Below, piece by piece: positions 45,101 to 59,300 of a stretch of 64,000 nucleotides of DNA. Position 1 is the first letter of the stretch, and every line of letters starts with the position of its first letter. The notes below the pieces were generated by a model. It worked only from the letters and a program-made list of their open reading frames with translations, searched no databases and was not told where the DNA came from. The stretch is taken from positions 5,704,001 through 5,768,000 of the forward strand of contig OZ024756.1 in the NCBI GenBank assembly GCA_964016885.1, written 5' to 3'. The stretch is from Eledone cirrhosa (taxonomy: Eukaryota). Both the position numbers and the translations under genes were made by a program.

Positions 45101-48100
45101 AGAAATAGTGTTACTATATATAGAAATACAGCTACTATATATAGAAAGACACAGTTACTATTTATAGAAAGACAGTTACTATATATAGAAAGACAGTTAC
45201 TATACATAGAAAGACGGTTACTATATATAGAAATACAGTTACTATATATAGAAAGACAGTTGCTATATATAGAAAGACAGAGTTACTATATATAGAAAGA
45301 CAGTTGCTATATATAGACAGACAGTTACTATATATAGAAAGACAGTTACTATATATAGAAAGACACAGTTACTATATATAGAAAAACAGTTACTATATAT
45401 AGAAATAGAGTTACTATATATAGAAAGACAATTACCATATACAGAAAGACACAGTTACAATATATAGAAAGACAAAGTTACTATATATAGAAAGACAGTT
45501 ACTATACATAGAAATACGGTTACTATATATAGAAATACAGTTACTATATATAGAAAGACAGTTGCTATATATAGAAAGACAGAGTTACTATATATAGAAA
45601 GACAGTTGCTATATATAGACAGACAGTTACTATATATAGAAAGACAGTTACTATATATAGAAAGACACAGTTGCTATATATAGAAAGACACAGTTGCTAT
45701 ATATAGAAAGACAGTTAATATATATAGACAGACAGTTACTATATATAGAAATACAGTTACTATATATAGAAAGACAGTTGCTACATATAGAAAGACACAG
45801 TTACTATATATAGAAAGACAGTTACTATATATAGAAAGACAGTTGCTATATATAGACAGACAGTTACTATATATAGAAAGACATTTACTATATATAGCAA
45901 GACATAGTTGCTATATATAGAAAGACACAGTTACTATATATAGACAGACACAGTTACTATATATAGAAAGACAGTTACTATATATAGAAAGACAGTTACT
46001 ATATATAGACAGACAATTACTATATATAGACAGACACAGTTACTATATATAGACAGACACAATTACTATATATAGAAAGACAGTTACTATATATAGAAAG
46101 ACAGTTACTACATATAGAAAGACAGTTACTATATATAGAAAGACAGTTACTATATATAGAAAGACAGTTACTATATATAGACAGACACAGTTACTATATA
46201 CAGACAGATACAGTTACTATATATAGACAGATACAGTTACTATATGTAGAAAGACAGTTACTATATATAGAAAGACAGTTACCATATATAGAAAGACAGT
46301 TACTATATATAGAAAGACAGTTACTATATATAGACAGACACAGTTACTATATATAGACAGATACAGTTACTATATATAGAAAGACAGTTACTACATATAG
46401 AAAGACAGTTACTATATATAGAAATACAGTTACTATATATAGAAAGACAGTTACTATATATAGACAGACACAGTTACTATATATAGACAGATACAGTTAC
46501 TATATATAGACATATACAGTTACTATATGTAGAAAGCCAGTTACTATATATAGAAAGACAGTTACCATATATAGAAAGACAGTTACTATATATAGAAAGA
46601 CAGTTACTATATATAGAAAGACAGTTACTATATATAGACAGACACAGTTACTACATATAGAAAGACAGTTACTATATATACAAACACAGTTACTATATAT
46701 AGAAAGACAGTTACTATATATAGACAGACACAGTTACTATATATAGACAGATACAGTTACTATATATAGAAAGACAGTTACTATATATAGAAAGACAGTT
46801 ACTATATATAGAAAGACAGTTACTATATATAGAATTACAGTTACTATATATAGAAAGACAGTTACTATATATAGACAGACACAGTTACTATATATAGACA
46901 GATACAGTTACTATATATAGACAGATACAGTTACTATATGTAGAAAGACAGTTACTATATATAGAAAGACAGTTACTATATATAGAAAGACAGTTACTAT
47001 ATATAGAAAGACAGTTACTATATATAGACAGACACAGTTACTATATATAGACAGATACAGTTACTATATATAGACAGATACAGTTACTATATATAGAAAG
47101 ACAGTTACTATATATAGAAAGACAGTTACTGTATATAGAAAGACACAGTTACTATATATAGACAGACACAGTTACTACATATAGAAAGACAGTTACTATA
47201 TATAGACGGACACAGTTACTATATATAGACAGATACAGTTACTATATATAGACAGATACAGTTACTATATATAGAAATAGTGTTACTATATATAGAAATA
47301 CAGCTACTATATCTAGAAAGACACAGTTACTATTTATAGAAAGACAGTTACTATATATATAAAGACAGTTACTATACATAGAAAGACGGTTACTATATAT
47401 AGAAATACAGTTACTATATATAGAAAGACAGTTGCTATATATAGACAGACAGTTACTATATATAGAAAGACAGTTACTATATATAGAAAGACACAGTTAC
47501 TATATATAGAAAGACAGTTACTATATATAGAAATAGAGTTACTATATATAGAAAGACAATTACCATATACAGAAAGACACAGTTACAATATATAGAAAGA
47601 CACAGTTACTATATATAGAAAGACAGTTACTATACATAGAAATACGGTTACTATATATAGAAATACAGTTACTATATATAGAAAGACAGTTGCTATATAT
47701 AGAAAGACAGAGTTACTATATATAGAAAGACAGTTGCTATATATAGACAGACAGTTACTATATATAGAAAGACAGTTACTATATATAGAAAGACACAGTT
47801 GCTATATATAGAAAGACACAGTTGCTATATATAGAAAGACAGTTAATATATATAGACAGACAGTTACTATATATAGAAATACAGTTACTATATATAGAAA
47901 GACAGTTGCTACATATAGAAAGACACAGTTACTATATATAGAAAGACAGTTACTATATATAGAAAGACAGTTGCTATATATAGACAGACAGTTACTATAT
48001 ATAGAAAGACAGTTACTATATATAGCAAGACATAGTTGCTATATATAGAAAGACACAGTTACTATATATAGACAGACACAGTTACTATATATAGAAAGAC

Positions 48101-50540
48101 AGTTACTATATATAGAAAGACAGTTACTATATATAGAAAGACAATTACTATATATAGACAGACACAGTTACTATATATAGACAGACACAGTTACTATATA
48201 TAGAAAGACAGTTACTATATATAGAAAGACAGTTGCTATATATAGACAGACAGTTACTATATATAGAAAGACAGTTACTGCATATAGAAAGACACAGTTA
48301 CTATATATAGAAAGACAGTTACAATATATAGAAAGACAGTTAAAATATATAGACAGACACAGTTACTATATATGGAAAGACAGTTACTATATATAGAAAG
48401 ACCGTTACTATATATAGAAAGACAGTTACTATATATAGAAAGACAGTTACTATATATAGAAAGACAGTTACTATATATAGAAAGACACTTACTATATATA
48501 GAAAGACAGTTACTATATATAGAAACACAGTTACTATATATAGAAAGACAGTTACTATATATAGACAGACACAGTTACTATATATAGACAGATACAGTTA
48601 CTATATATAGAAAGACAGTTACTATATATAGAAAGACAGTTACTACATATAGAAAGACAGTTACTATATATAGAAAGACAGTTACTATATATAGAAAGAC
48701 AGTTACTATATATAGACAGACACAGTTACTATATATAGACAGATACAGTTACTATATATAGACAGATACAGTTACTATATGTAGAAAGACAGTTACTATA
48801 TATAGAAAGACAGTTACCATATATAGAAAGACAGTTACTATAAAGAAAGACAGTTACTATATATAGACAGACACAGTTACTATATATAGACAGATACAGT
48901 TACTATATATAGACAGATACAGTTACTATATGTAGAAAGACAGTTACTATATATAGACAGACAGTTACTATATATATAGAAAGACAGTTACTATATATAG
49001 AAAGACAGTTACTATATATAGACAGACACAGTTACTATATATAGACAGATACAGTTACTATATATAGACAGATACAGTTACTATATATAGAAAGACAGTT
49101 ACTATATATAGAAAGACAGTTACTGTATATAGAAAGACACAGTTACTATATATAGACAGACACAGTTACTACATATAGAAAGACAGTTACTATATATAGA
49201 CAGACACAGTTACTATATATAGACAGATACAGTTACTATATATAGACAGATACAGTTACTATATATAGAAATAGTGTTACTATATATAGAAATACAGCTA
49301 CTATATATAGAAAGACACAGTTACTATTTATAGAAAGACAGTTACTATATATAGAAAGACAGTTACTATACATAGAAAGACGGTTACTATATATAGAAAT
49401 ACAGTTACTATATATAGAAAGACAGTTGCTATATATAGAAAGACAGAGTTACTATATATAGAAAGACAGTTGCTATATATAGACAGACAGTTACTATATA
49501 TAGAAAGACAGTTACTATATATAGAAAGACACAGTTACTATATATAGAAAAACAGTTACTATATATAGAAATAGAGTTACTATATATAGAAAGACAATTA
49601 CCATATACAGAAAGACACAGTTACAATATATAGAAAGACAAAGTTACTATATATAGAAAGACAGTTACTATACATAGAAATACGGTTACTATATATAGAA
49701 ATACAGTTACTATATATAGAAAGACAGTTGCTATATATAGAAAGACAGAGTTACTATATATAGAAAGACAGTTGCTATATATAGACAGACAGTTACTATA
49801 TATAGAAAGACAGTTACTATATATAGAAAGACACAGTTGCTATATATAGAAAGACACAGTTGCTATATATAGAAAGACAGTTAATATATATAGACAGACA
49901 GTTACTATATATAGAAATACAGTTACTATATATAGAAAGACAGTTGCTACATATAGAAAGACACAGTTACTATATATAGAAAGACAGTTACTATATATAG
50001 AAAGACAGTTGCTATATATAGACAGACAGTTACTATATATAGAAAGACATTTACTATATATAGCAAGACATAGTTGCTATATATAGAAAGACACAGTTAC
50101 TATATATAGACAGACACAGTTACTATATATAGAAAGACAGTTACTATATATAGAAAGACAGTTACTATATATAGACAGACAATTACTATATATAGACAGA
50201 CACAGTTACTATATATAGACAGACACAATTACTATATATAGAAAGACAGTTACTATATATAGAAAGACAGTTACTACATATAGAAAGACAGTTACTATAT
50301 ATAGAAAGACAGTTACTATATATAGAAAGACAGTTACTATATATAGACAGACACAGTTACTATATACAGACAGATACAGTTACTATATATAGACAGATAC
50401 AGTTACTATATGTAGAAAGACAGTTACTATATATAGAAAGACAGTTACCATATATAGAAAGACAGTTACTATATATAGAAAGACAGTTACTATATATAGA
50501 CAGACACAGTTACTATATATAGACAGATACAGTTACTATA
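42200..50540 (+). repeat. Tandem higher-order repeat, two copies of about 4.17 kb, preceded by a more rearranged copy from about 38600
   Basis: GCC at 42368/46536 (4168), CAAACAC at 42513/46681 (4168), pseudo-ORFs 44208/48372 (4164), GACAAAG at 45471/49637 (4166). ATAAAG occurs at 40561, 44676 and 48840. Confidence 0.85.
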
Positions 50541-52400
50541 TATAGACAGATACAGTTACTATATGTAGAAAGACAGTTACTATATATAGAAAGACAGTTA
50601 CTATATATAGAAAGACAGTTACTATATATAGAAAGACAGTTACTATATATAGAAAGACAGTTACTATATATAGACAGACACAGTTACTATATATAGACAG
50701 ATACAGTTACTATATATAGACAGATACAGTTACTATATATAGAAAGACAGTTACTATATATAGAAAGACAGTTACTGTATATAGAAAGACAGAGTTACTA
50801 TATATAGACAGACACAGTTACTACATATAGAAAGACAGTTACTATATATAGACAGACACAGTTACTATATATAGACAGATACAGTTACTATATATAGACA
50901 GATACAGTTACTATATATAGAAATAGTGTTACTATATATAGAAATACAGCTACTATATATAGAAAGACACAGTTACTATTTATAGAAAGACAGTTACTAT
51001 ATATAGAAAGACAGTTACTATACATAGAAAGACGGTTACTATATATAGAAATACAGTTACTATATATAGAAAGACAGTTGCTATATATAGAAAGACAGAG
51101 TTACTATATATAGAAAGACAGTTGCTATATATAGACAGACAGTTACTATATATAGTAAGACAGTTACTATATATAGAAAGACACAGTTACTATATATAGA
51201 AAGACAGTTACTATATATAGAAATAGAGTTACTATATATAGAAAGACAATTACCATATACAGAAAGACACAGTTACAATATATAGAAAGACACAGTTACT
51301 ATATATGGAAAGACAGTTACTATACATAGAAATACGGTTACTATATATAGAAATACAGTTACTATATATAGAAAGACAGTTGCTATATATAGAAAGACAG
51401 AGTTACTATATATAGAAAGACAGTTGCTATATATAGACAGACAGTTACTATATATAGAAAGACAGTTACTATATATAGAAAGACACAGTTGCTATATATA
51501 GAAAGACACAGTTGCTATATATAGAAAGACAGTTAATATATATAGACAGACAGTTACTATATATAGAAATACAGGTACTATATATAGAAAGACAGTTGCT
51601 ATATATAGAAAGACACAGTTACTATATATAGAAAGACAATTACTATATATAGAAAGACAGTTACTATATATAGAAAGACAATTACTATATATAGACAGAC
51701 ACAGTTACTATATATAGACAGACACAGTTACTATATATAGAAAGACAGTTACTATATATAGAAAGACAGTTGCTATATATAGACAGACAGTTACTATATA
51801 TAGAAAGACAGTTACTGCATATAGAAAGACACAGTTACTATATATAGAAAGACAGTTACAATATATAGAAAGACAGTTAATATATATAGACAGACACGGT
51901 TACTATATATGGAAAGACAGTTACTATATATAGAAAGACCGTTACTATATATAGAAAGTCAGTTACTTTATATAGAAAGACAGTTACTATATATAGAAAG
52001 ACAGTTACTATATATAGAAATACACTTACTATATATAGAAAGACAGTTACTATATATAGAAACACAGTTACTATATATAGAAAGACAGTTACTATATATA
52101 GACAGACACAGTTACTATATATAGAAAGACAGTTACTATATATAGAAAGACAGTTACTACATATAGAAAGACAGTTACTATATATAGAAATACAGTTACT
52201 ATATATAGAAAGACAGTTACTATATATAGACAGACACAGTTACTATATATAGACAGATACAGTTACTATATATAGACATATACAGTTACTATATGTAGAA
52301 AGCCAGTTACTATATATAGAAAGACAGTTACCATATATAGAAAGAAAGTTACTATATATAGAAAGACAGTTACTATATATAGAAAGACAGTTACTATATA
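50500..52400 (+). repeat. Direct copy of about 40570-42470 (offset 9933-9934)
   Basis: CCATATACAG at 41320/51253, pseudo-ORFs 41975/51909 and GCC at 42368/52302. The 1-bp shift is explained by the GACAGCAG deletion monomer near 41612. Confidence 0.75.
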
Positions 52401-52549
52401 TAGACAGACACAGTTACTATATATAGACAGATACAGTTACTATATATAGACAGATACAGTTACTATATATAGAAAGACAGTTACTATATATAGAAAGACA
52501 GTTACTATATATATAAAGACAGTTACTATATATAGAAAGACAGTTACTA

Positions 52550-55500
52550 TATATAGACAGACACAGTTACTATATATGGAAAGACAGTTACTATATATAG
52601 AAAGACCGTTACTATATATAGAAAGACAGTTACTATATATAGAAAGACAGTTACTATATATAGAAAGACAGTTACTATATATAGAAAGACACAGTTACTA
52701 TATATAGAAAGACAGTTACTATATATAGAAAGACAGTTGCTATATATAGAAAGACAGTTACCATATATAGAAAGACAGTTACTATATATAGAAAGACACA
52801 GTTGCTATATATAGAAAGACACAGTTACTATATATAGAAAGGCAGTTACTATATATAGAAAGACACTTACTATATATAGAAAGACAGTTACTATATATAG
52901 AAAGACACAGTTGCTATATATAGATAGACAGTTACTATATATAGAAAGACAGTTACTATATATAGAAAGACATTTACTATATATAGAAAGACAGTTACTA
53001 TATATAGAAAGACATTTACTATATATAGAAAGACAGTTACTATATATAGAAATACAGTTACTATACATAGAAAGACACAGTTACTATTTATAGAAAGACA
53101 GTTACTATATATAGAAAGACACAGTTACTATATATAGAAAGACAGTTACTATATATAGAAATAGAGTTACTATATATAGAAAGACAATTACTATATACAG
53201 AAAGACACAGTTACTATATATAGAAAGACACAGTTACTATATATAGAAAGACAGTTACTATACATTGAAAGACGGTTACTATATATAGAACTACAGTTGC
53301 TATATATAGAAAGACAGTTGCTATATATAGAAAGACAGAGTTACTATATATAGAAACACAGTTGCTATATATAGACAGACAGTTAATATATATAGACAGA
53401 CAGTTACTATATATAGAAATACAGTTACTATATATATAGAAAGACATTTGCTATATATAGAAAGATACAGTTACTATATGTAGAAAGACAGTTACCATAT
53501 ATATAAAGACAGTTGCTATATATAGACAGACAGTTACTATATATAGAAAGACAGTTACTATATATAGCAAGACACAGTTACTATATATAGAAAGACAGTT
53601 ACTATATATAGAAAGACAGTTACTGCATATAGAAAGACACAGTTACTATATATAGAAAGACAGTTACAATATATAGAAAGACATTTAATATATATAGACA
53701 GACACAGTTACTATATATGGAAAGACAGTTACTATATATAGAAAGACCGTTACTATATATAGAAAGACAGTTACTATATATAGAAAGACAGTTACTATAT
53801 ATAGAAAGACAGTTACTATATATAGAAAGACACAGTTACTATATATAGAAAGGCAGTTACTATATATAGAAAGGCAGTTGCTATATATAGAAAGACAGTT
53901 ACCATATATAGAAAGACAGTTACTATATATAGAAAGACACAGTTGCTATATATAGAAAGACACAGTTACTATATATAGAAAGACAGTTACTATATATAGA
54001 AAGACACTTACTATATATAGAAAGACAGTTACTATATATAGAAAGACACAGTTGCTATATATAGAAAGACAGTTACTATATATAGAAAGACAGTTACTAT
54101 ATATAGAAAGACAGTTACTATATATAGAAAGACAGTTACTATATATAGAAAGACAGTTACTATATATAGAAATACAGTTACTATACATAGAAAGACACAG
54201 TTACTATTTATAGAAAGACAGTTACTATATATAGAAAGACACAGTTACTATATATAGAAAGACAGTTACTATATATAGAAATAGAGTTACTATATATAGA
54301 AAGAAAATTACTATATACAGAAAGACACAGTTACTATATATAGAAAGACACAGTTACTATATATAGAAAGACAGTTACTATACATTGAAAGACGGTTACT
54401 ATATATAGAAATACAGTTGCTATATATAGAAAGACAGTTGCTATATATAGAAAGACAGAGTTACTATATATAGAAACACAGTTGCTATATATAGACAGAC
54501 AGTTAATATATATAGACAGACAGTTACTATATATAGAAATACAGTTACTATATATAGAAAGACATTTGCTATATATAGAAAGATACAGTTACTATATGTA
54601 GAAAGACAGTTACTATATATAGAAAGACAGTTACCATATATATAAAGACAGTTGCTATATATAGACAGACTGTTACTATATATAGAAAGACAGTTACTAT
54701 ATATAGCAAGACACAGTTACTATATATAGAAAGACAGTTACTATATATAGAAAGACAGTTACTGCATATAGAAAGACACAGTTACTATATATAGAAAGAC
54801 AGTTACAATATATAGAAAGACATTTAATATATATAGACAGACACAGTTACTATATATGGAAAGACAGTTACTATATATAGAAAGACCGTTACTATATATA
54901 GAAAGACAGTTACTATATATAGAAAGACAGTTACTATATATAGAAAGACAGTTACTATATATAGAAAGACACAGTTACTATATATAGAAAGACAGTTACT
55001 ATATATAGAAAGACAGTTGCTATATATAGAAAGACAGTTACCATATATAGAAAGACAGTTACTATATATAGAAAGACACAGTTGCTATATATAGAAAGAC
55101 ACAGTTACTATATATAGAAAGACAGTTACTATATATAGAAAGACACTTACTATATATAGAAAGACAGTTACTATATATAGAAAGACACAGTTGCTATATA
55201 TAGAAAGACAGTTACTATATATAGAAAGACAGTTACTATATATAGAAAGACAGTTACTATATATAGAAATACAGTTACTATATATAGAAAGACACAGTTA
55301 CTATTTATAGAAAGACAGTTACTATATATAGAAAGACACAGTTACTATATATAGAAAGACAGTTACTATATATAGAAATAGAGTTACTATATATAGAAAG
55401 ACAATTACTATATACAGAAAGACACAGTTACTATATATAGAAAGACACAGTTACTATATATAGAAAGACAGTTACTATACATAGAAAGACGGTTACTATA

Positions 55501-55700
55501 TATAGAAATACAGTTGCTATATATAGAAAGACAGTTGCTATATATAGAAAGACAGAGTTACTATATATAGAAACACAGTTGCTATATATAGACAGACAGT
55601 TAATATATATAGACAGACAGTTACTATATATAGAAATACAGTTACTATATATAGAAAGACATTTGCTATATATAGAAAGACACAGTTACTATATATAGAA
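52550..55700 (+). repeat. Three tandem copies of an about 1.14-kb unit (third copy shorter)
   Basis: TGGAAAG followed by GACCGTT at 52577, 53718, 54857 (spacing 1141, 1139). TACATTGAAAG at 53261/54381. Confidence 0.85.
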
Positions 55701-56379
55701 AGACAGTTACTATATATATAAAGACAGTTGCTATATATAGACAGACAGTTACTATATATAGAAAGACAGTTACTATATATAGAAAGACAGTTACTATATA
55801 TAGAAAGACAATTACTATATATAGACAGACACAGTTACTATATATAGACAGACACATTTACTATATATAGACAGATACAGTTACTATATATAGACAGATA
55901 CAGTTACTATATATAGAAAGACAGTTACTATATATAGAAATACAGTTACTATATATAGAAAGACAGTTACTATATATAGAAAGACAGTTACTATATATAG
56001 AAAGACAGTTACTATATATAGAAAGACACAGTTACTATATATAGAAAGACAGTTACTATATATAGAAAGACAGTTACTATATATAGAAAGACAGTTACTA
56101 TATATAGACAGACACAGTTACTATATATGGAAAGACAGTTACTATATATAGAAAGACAGTTACTATATATAGAAAGACAGTTACTATATATCGAAAAACA
56201 CAGTTACTATATATAGAAAGACAGTTACTATATATAGAAAGACAGTTACTGCATATAGAAAGACACAGTTACTATATATAGAAAGACAGTTACTATATAT
56301 AGAAAGACAGTTACTATATATAGAAAGACACAGTTACTATATATAGAAAGACAGTTACTATATATAGAAAGACAGTTAA

Positions 56380-59300
56380 TATATATAGACAGACACAGTT
56401 ACTATATATGGAAAGACAGTTACTATATATAGAAAGACCGTTACTATATATAGAAAGACAGTTACTATATATAGAAAGACAGTTACGATATATAGAAAGA
56501 CAGTTACTATATATAGAAAGACACAGTTACTATATATAGAAAGACAGTTACTATATATAGAAAGACAGTTGCTATATATAGAAATACAGTTACTATATAT
56601 AGAAAGACAGTTACTATATATAGAAAGACACAGTTGCTATATATAGAAAGACACAGTTGCTATATATAGAAAGACAGTTAATATATATAGACAGACAGTT
56701 ACTATATATAGAAAGACAGTTACTATATATAGAAAGACAGTTGCTATATATAGAAAGACACAGTTACTATATATAGAAAGACAGTTGCTATATATTGACA
56801 GACAGTTACTATATATAGAAAGAGAGTTACTATATATAGCAAGACACAGTTGCTATATACAGAAAGACAGTTACTATATATAGAAAGACAATTACTATAT
56901 ATAGACAGACACAGTTACTATATATAGACATACACAGTTACTATATATAGAGAGATACAGTTACTATATATAGACAGATAGAATTACTATATATAGAAAG
57001 ACAGTTACTATATATAGACAGATACAGTTACTACATATAGAAAGACACAGTTACTATATATAGAAAGACAGTTACTATATATAGAAAGACAGTTACTATA
57101 TATAGAAAGACAGTTACTATATATAGAAAGACACAGTTTCTATATATAGAAAGACAGTTACTATATATAGAAAGACAGTTACTATATATAGAAAGACACA
57201 GTTACTGTATATAGAAAGACAGTTACTATATATAGAAAGACAGTTACTCTATATAGAAAGACACAGTTACTATATATAGAAAGACAGTTACTATATATAG
57301 AAAGGCAGTTACTATATATAGAAAGACAGTTACTATGTATAGAAAGACAGTTACTATATATAGAAAGACAGTTACTATATATAGAAAGACACATTTACTA
57401 TATATAGACAGACACAGTTACTATATATAGAAAGACAGTTACTATATATAGACAGACACAGTTACTATATATAGACAGATACAGTTACTATATATAGACA
57501 GATACAGTTACTATACATAGAAATAGTGTTACTAAATATAGAAATACAGTTACTATATATAGAAAGACACAGTTACTATTTATAGAAAGACAGTTACTAT
57601 ATATAGAAAGACACAGTTACTATATATAGAAAGACAGTTACTATATATAGAAATAGAGTTACTATATATAGAAAGACAATTACTATATACAGAAAGACAC
57701 AGTTACTATATATAGAAAGACAGTTGCTATATATATAAAGACACAGTTACTATATATAGAAAGACAGTTGCTATATATAGACAGACAATTACTATATATA
57801 GAAAGACAGTTACTATATATAGAAAGACACAGTTGCTAAATATAGAAAGACACAGTTGCTATATATAGAAAGACAGTTAATATATATAGACAGACAGTTA
57901 CTATATATAGAAATACAGTTACTATATATAGCAAGACACAGTTGCTATATATAGAAAGACACAGTTACTATATATAGACAGACACAGTTACTATATATAG
58001 AAAGACAGTTACTATATATAGAAAGACAGTTACTATATATAGAAAGACAATTACTATATATAGACAGACACAGTTTCTATATATAGACAGACACAGTTAC
58101 TATATATAGACAGATACAGTTACTATATATAGACAGATACAGTTACTATATATAGAAAGACACTTACTATATATAGAAATACAGTTACTATATATAGAAA
58201 GACAGTTACTATATATAGAAAGACAGTTACTATATATAGAAAGAGACAGTTTCTATATATAGAAAGACAGTTACTATATATAGAAAGACAGTTACTATAT
58301 ATAGAAAGACACAGTTACTATATATAGAAAGACAGTTACTATATATAGAAAGACAGTTACTATATATAGAAAGACAGTTACTATATATAGACAGATACAG
58401 TTATTAAATATAGAAAGACAGTTACTATATATAGACATATACAGTTACTATATATAGACAGATACAGTTACTATATATAGAAAGACAGTTACTATATATA
58501 GAAAGACAGTTACTATATATAGAAAGACAGTTACTCTATATAGCAAGACAGTTACTATATATAGAAAGACAGTTACTATATATAGAAAGACAGTTATTAT
58601 ATATAGACAGACACAATTACTATATATAGACAGATACAGTTACTATATATAGAAATACAGTTACTATATATAGAAAGACACTTACTATATATAGAAAGAC
58701 AGTTACTATATATAGAAACACAGTTACTATATATAGAAAGACAGTTACTATATATATATAGACAGACACAGTTACTATATATAGACAGATACTGTTACTA
58801 TATATAGAAAGACAGTTACTATATATAGAAAGACAGATACTATATATAGAAAGACAGTTACTATATATAGAAAGACAGTTACTATATATAGACATATACA
58901 GTTACTATATATAGACAGATACAGTTACTATATATAGAAAGACAGTTACTATATATAGAAAGACAGTTACTATATATAGAAAGACAGTTATTATATATAG
59001 ACCGACACAATTACTATATATAGACAGATACATTTACTATATATAGAAAGACAGTTACTATATATAGAAAGACACTTACTATATATAGAAAGACAGTTAC
59101 TATATATAGAAAGACAGTTACTATATATAGAAAGACAGTTACTATATATAGACAGACAGTTACTATATATAGACAGATACAGTTACTATATATAGAAAGA
59201 CAGTTACTATATATAGAAAGACAGTTACTATATATAGAAAGACACAGTTACTATATATAGAAAGACAGTTACTATATATAGAAAGACACAGTTACTATAT

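Larger units (their letters stand above)
38281..52540 (+). repeat. Satellite sub-domain B (about 2-kb sub-units paired into about 4.1-4.2-kb higher-order units)
   Basis: Domain A markers are absent. New markers: AATACAGCTAC followed by CTATTTATAG, CCATATACAG (41320, 43353, 45435, 47563, 49601, 51253), CTATAAAGAAAG, GAAAGCCAG, GCAAGACATAG. GACAGACAC and GACAGATAC monomers are more frequent. Confidence 0.8.
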
